Shown here in pieces: positions 61,118 to 64,000 of a DNA stretch of 64,000 bases. The position numbers and the translations under genes were made by a program. This DNA comes from an uncultured Alphaproteobacteria bacterium (GTDB taxonomy: Bacteria > Pseudomonadota > Alphaproteobacteria > Thalassobaculales > Thalassobaculaceae): positions 4,226-68,225 of the forward strand of contig CALMRI010000010.1 of assembly GCA_937776645.1 (NCBI GenBank), written 5' to 3'. Positions within the stretch are counted from its first letter, which is position 1, and each line of letters starts with the position of its first letter. A model generated the notes under the pieces. That model saw nothing but the letters and a program-made list of their open reading frames with translations. It ran no database searches and was not told where the DNA came from.

Positions 61118-61354
61118 TCAGGCGTCAGGCGCGGCGGTTTGCAGGGCCAGGGCATGAAGCTCGTTGCCCATCCGACCCTTTAGCGACGCGTATACCATTT
61201 GATGCTGCTGTACACGGGTTTTGCCAACGAATGCCGCCGACACTACATGGGCGGCGTAGTGATCGCCATCACCGCGCAGATCCTCGATCGTGACTTTCGC
61301 GTCCGGAAAGTCTTCCAAGATCAAGCTTTCAATTTCTCCGGCGTTCATCGCCAT
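61118..61354 (-). CDS. BolA-family protein
   Basis: DLRGDGDHYAAHVVSAAFVGKTRVQQHQMVY. It sits next to grxD, a common pairing. Confidence 0.8.
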   Translation of the reverse strand: MAMNAGEIESLILEDFPDAKVTIEDLRGDGDHYAAHVVSAAFVGKTRVQQHQMVYASLKGRMGNELHALALQTAAPDA

Positions 61355-61379
61355 GGCGATCGTGTCTCCTTGGTCACTT

Positions 61380-63584
61380 TCAAGCACCCTGCATATAGGC
61401 GGGAAGCCAACCTTCGTGGCACAATCTTAACACGTCCAGGGATATGGAGTCATCGGGTCTAAGAGTCAACCGGTCGTCACTGGTGGTTTTGCCGATGATC
61501 CGTGCCGAAACGCCTGCGGTTCCGGCCTTGTCAACGATCGCCGAGGCATCGGACGTGGTCAACAGATAGCGCGCTTGATCCTCGCCAAACAGGAATCCAT
61601 ACAACGGCGCATCGCCGGATAACGTCAATGCAACACCGAGGCCCTTGGCCGCCAGTGCCATCTCGGCCACCGCAACCGCGATACCGCCATCCGATATATC
61701 GTGGCAGGCGGTGACCCGGCCGTCCTGGATCAAGCCGCGAACAAAATCGCCATTGGCTTTTTCGGTATCCAGGTCGATCGGAGGCGGTGCGCCGACTTCC
61801 TGGCTGGCGATCTCGCGCAGATAAACCGACTGACCAAGCCATCCGATGGTCTCGCCAATCAGCACCAAGGTCTCGTCCGCTCCCTTGAGCGCGATAGTGG
61901 CGTGTTTCGAAACATCGTCAAGCACGCCTACGCCGCCGATCACTGGGGTTGGCAGGATCGCCTCACCATCGGTCTCGTTGTAGAGCGAGACATTACCGGA
62001 CACGACCGGAAAATTTAGGGCCAGGGATGCCGCCCGCATGCCGGCGATGCAGCCGACGAATTGGCCCATGATGCGGGGCCGCTCCGGATTGCCGAAATTC
62101 ATGTTGTTGGTGAGCGCTAGTGGCATCGCGCCAGTCGCCGTCAGATTGCGCCAAGCCTCGGCGACCGCCTGGGCACCGCCGACTTCGGGATCAGCGACGC
62201 AATAGCGCGGCGTGCAGTCGACGGTCATCGCCAGCGCTTTGTTGGTGTCGCGTACCCGCACTACCGCCGCGTCACCGCCCGGCCGCACGATCGTATCATT
62301 CATGATCAGATGATCAAATTGCTCCCAAATCCAGCGGCGACTGGCGAGATCGGGGCAGGCGATCAGGATGGCGAGAGATTGTGAAAGCGAAACCGGTTCG
62401 GGGATATCCTTGGTGGCAAGAATTTCCTGCGGCGGAGTTACTTCCCACGGTCGGTCGTATTCCGGGGATTGGTCGACCATCGGATCGATAGGAATGTCGG
62501 CCTGTACGGCGCCGTCCTTGTTGATCACCAGCCGACCGGTCGTGGTAAGGCGGCCGATCACCGCGAAATCTAAGCCCCAGCGTTCAAAAATTGCCCGTGC
62601 CTGGGCCTCGGCCTCCGGCTTTAGCACCATGAGCATTCGTTCCTGACTTTCGGAAAGCATGATCTCGTAGGCCGTCATGGCTTCTTCGCGTACCGGCACC
62701 GCATCGAGATCCAGCGCCATGCCGAGGCCGCCCTTGCCGGCCATCTCGACAGCCGACGAGGTGAGGCCCGCCGCGCCCATATCCTGAATGGCGATGATCG
62801 CATCCTCGGCCATCAGCTCCAGGCAGGCTTCCAGCAGCAATTTTTCGGTGAACGGGTCGCCGACCTGCACCGTCGGGCGTTTTTCTTCGGCACCCTCGGA
62901 GAATTCAGCCGAGGCCATGGTCGCCCCATGGATGCCGTCCCGCCCGGTCTTGGCGCCAACATAGATAACCGGGTTACCGGTACCAGCGGCGGCGGACAGG
63001 AAGATCCGGTCGGCCGGCGCCAGCCCTACGGTCATTGCGTTGACCAGGATGTTGCCGTTATAAGCGGCGTGAAAGTTGACCTCTCCGGCGACTGTCGGCA
63101 CGCCGATGCAATTGCCGTATCCACCGATCCCGGCGACCACACCGGCGACCAGATGTCGGGTCTTGGGATGATCCGGGTCGCCAAAACGCAAAGCATTCAA
63201 ATTGGCGATCGGTCGGGCGCCCATGGTGAACACATCGCGCAGGATGCCGCCAACTCCGGTTGCCGCGCCCTGATAGGGCTCGATGAAGCTGGGGTGGTTG
63301 TGGCTCTCGATCTTGAAGACCACGGCTTGGCCATCGCCGATGTCTATCACCCCGGCGTTTTCTCCGGGGCCCTGAATCACTTGCGGGCCCTCGGTTGGCA
63401 GGGTCTTTAGCCAGCGTTTCGAGGATTTATACGAGCAATGCTCCGACCACATGGACGAGAAGATGCCAAGCTCGGTCAAGCTCGGCTCACGGTCGAGGAT
63501 TTGAAGGATGCTGGTGTACTCTTCCTCGGACAAACCATGCTCGGTGGCTTGCTCAAGAGAAATGGTTGCGTTTGGCAAGGTCAT
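61380..63584 (-). CDS. purL: phosphoribosylformylglycinamidine synthase subunit PurL
   Basis: 734 aa with [13 protein letters not shown] and VESHNHPS-like ([22 protein letters not shown]) motifs. Confidence 0.95.
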   Translation of the reverse strand: MTLPNATISLEQATEHGLSEEEYTSILQILDREPSLTELGIFSSMWSEHCSYKSSKRWLKTLPTEGPQVIQGPGENAGVIDIGDGQAVVFKIESHNHPSFIEPYQGAATGVGGILRDVFTMGARPIANLNALRFGDPDHPKTRHLVAGVVAGIGGYGNCIGVPTVAGEVNFHAAYNGNILVNAMTVGLAPADRIFLSAAAGTGNPVIYVGAKTGRDGIHGATMASAEFSEGAEEKRPTVQVGDPFTEKLLLEACLELMAEDAIIAIQDMGAAGLTSSAVEMAGKGGLGMALDLDAVPVREEAMTAYEIMLSESQERMLMVLKPEAEAQARAIFERWGLDFAVIGRLTTTGRLVINKDGAVQADIPIDPMVDQSPEYDRPWEVTPPQEILATKDIPEPVSLSQSLAILIACPDLASRRWIWEQFDHLIMNDTIVRPGGDAAVVRVRDTNKALAMTVDCTPRYCVADPEVGGAQAVAEAWRNLTATGAMPLALTNNMNFGNPERPRIMGQFVGCIAGMRAASLALNFPVVSGNVSLYNETDGEAILPTPVIGGVGVLDDVSKHATIALKGADETLVLIGETIGWLGQSVYLREIASQEVGAPPPIDLDTEKANGDFVRGLIQDGRVTACHDISDGGIAVAVAEMALAAKGLGVALTLSGDAPLYGFLFGEDQARYLLTTSDASAIVDKAGTAGVSARIIGKTTSDDRLTLRPDDSISLDVLRLCHEGWLPAYMQGA

Positions 63585-64000
63585 GACAGCGCCTTTACCA
63601 GACCGTCAAACAGTGCTTGGCCATCGGTCCCACCGACGGCCGGGTCGGTGGCGTTCTCCGGATGTGGCATGAAACCAAGCACCCGGCGGTTTGCATCCAG
63701 GATTCCGGCGATAGAGCGGGCCGAGCCGTTCGTATTGCCCTGGGCTGTGGTCTCGCCATCGGCATCGACATAGCGAAACACCACTCGGTCCTCGCCTTCA
63801 AGCTGGTCGAGGGTCGTTTGATCAGCGACATAGTTGCCATCGTTATGGGCAACCGGGACCGAAATACATTGACCGGGTTGGTAACCCGCAGTGAACAACG
63901 ACGCGCTGGTCTCGACGCGGATATGCAGATTGCGGCAGATGAATTTGAGGCCGGCATTGCGCATCAGGGCACCCTGCAGCAGCCCGATTTCGGTCAGCAC
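63581..64000 (-). CDS. purQ: phosphoribosylformylglycinamidine synthase glutaminase subunit PurQ (C-terminal part; N-terminus beyond the window)
   Basis: [28 protein letters not shown] (catalytic His-Glu region). A 4-nt overlap with the purL start. Confidence 0.9.
   Translation of the reverse strand: MLTEIGLLQGALMRNAGLKFICRNLHIRVETSASLFTAGYQPGQCISVPVAHNDGNYVADQTTLDQLEGEDRVVFRYVDADGETTAQGNTNGSARSIAGILDANRRVLGFMPHPENATDPAVGGTDGQALFDGLVKALS

Overview
GC-rich (about 60%) chromosomal segment that looks alphaproteobacterial, based on purQ-purL-bolA-grxD synteny, a ROSE-like hsp20 leader, PCu(A)C and TRAP transport. It holds about 60 protein genes and one tRNA-Val(GAC). Intact housekeeping genes are rpmE, rpsD, cysS, glmU, glmS, gor, metY, alr, purL, purQ, grxD and hsp20. 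They are interspersed with accessory catabolic genes: a TRAP transporter with two tandem DctM paralogs, a fused and a split hydantoinase/oxoprolinase set, flavin/LLM/OYE oxidoreductases, TauD and Rieske oxygenases, SDRs, MFS and EamA transporters. I found no defence system, CRISPR array, prophage or intact mobile element. The clearest signal is decay. Roughly one gene in five, all of them accessory, carries frameshifts, in-frame nonsense codons (TAG x3, TAA, TGA) or large in-frame deletions. A 0.7 kb stretch (51.3-51.9 kb) holds only transposase and aldehyde-dehydrogenase stubs. Other points of note are the unusual P-M-M-Q TRAP layout, an orphan terminator-like hairpin in the divergent region upstream of metY, and a perfect 18-bp palindrome upstream of glmU. 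All functional calls come from reading the translated ORFs and recalling family motifs; no database search was possible.
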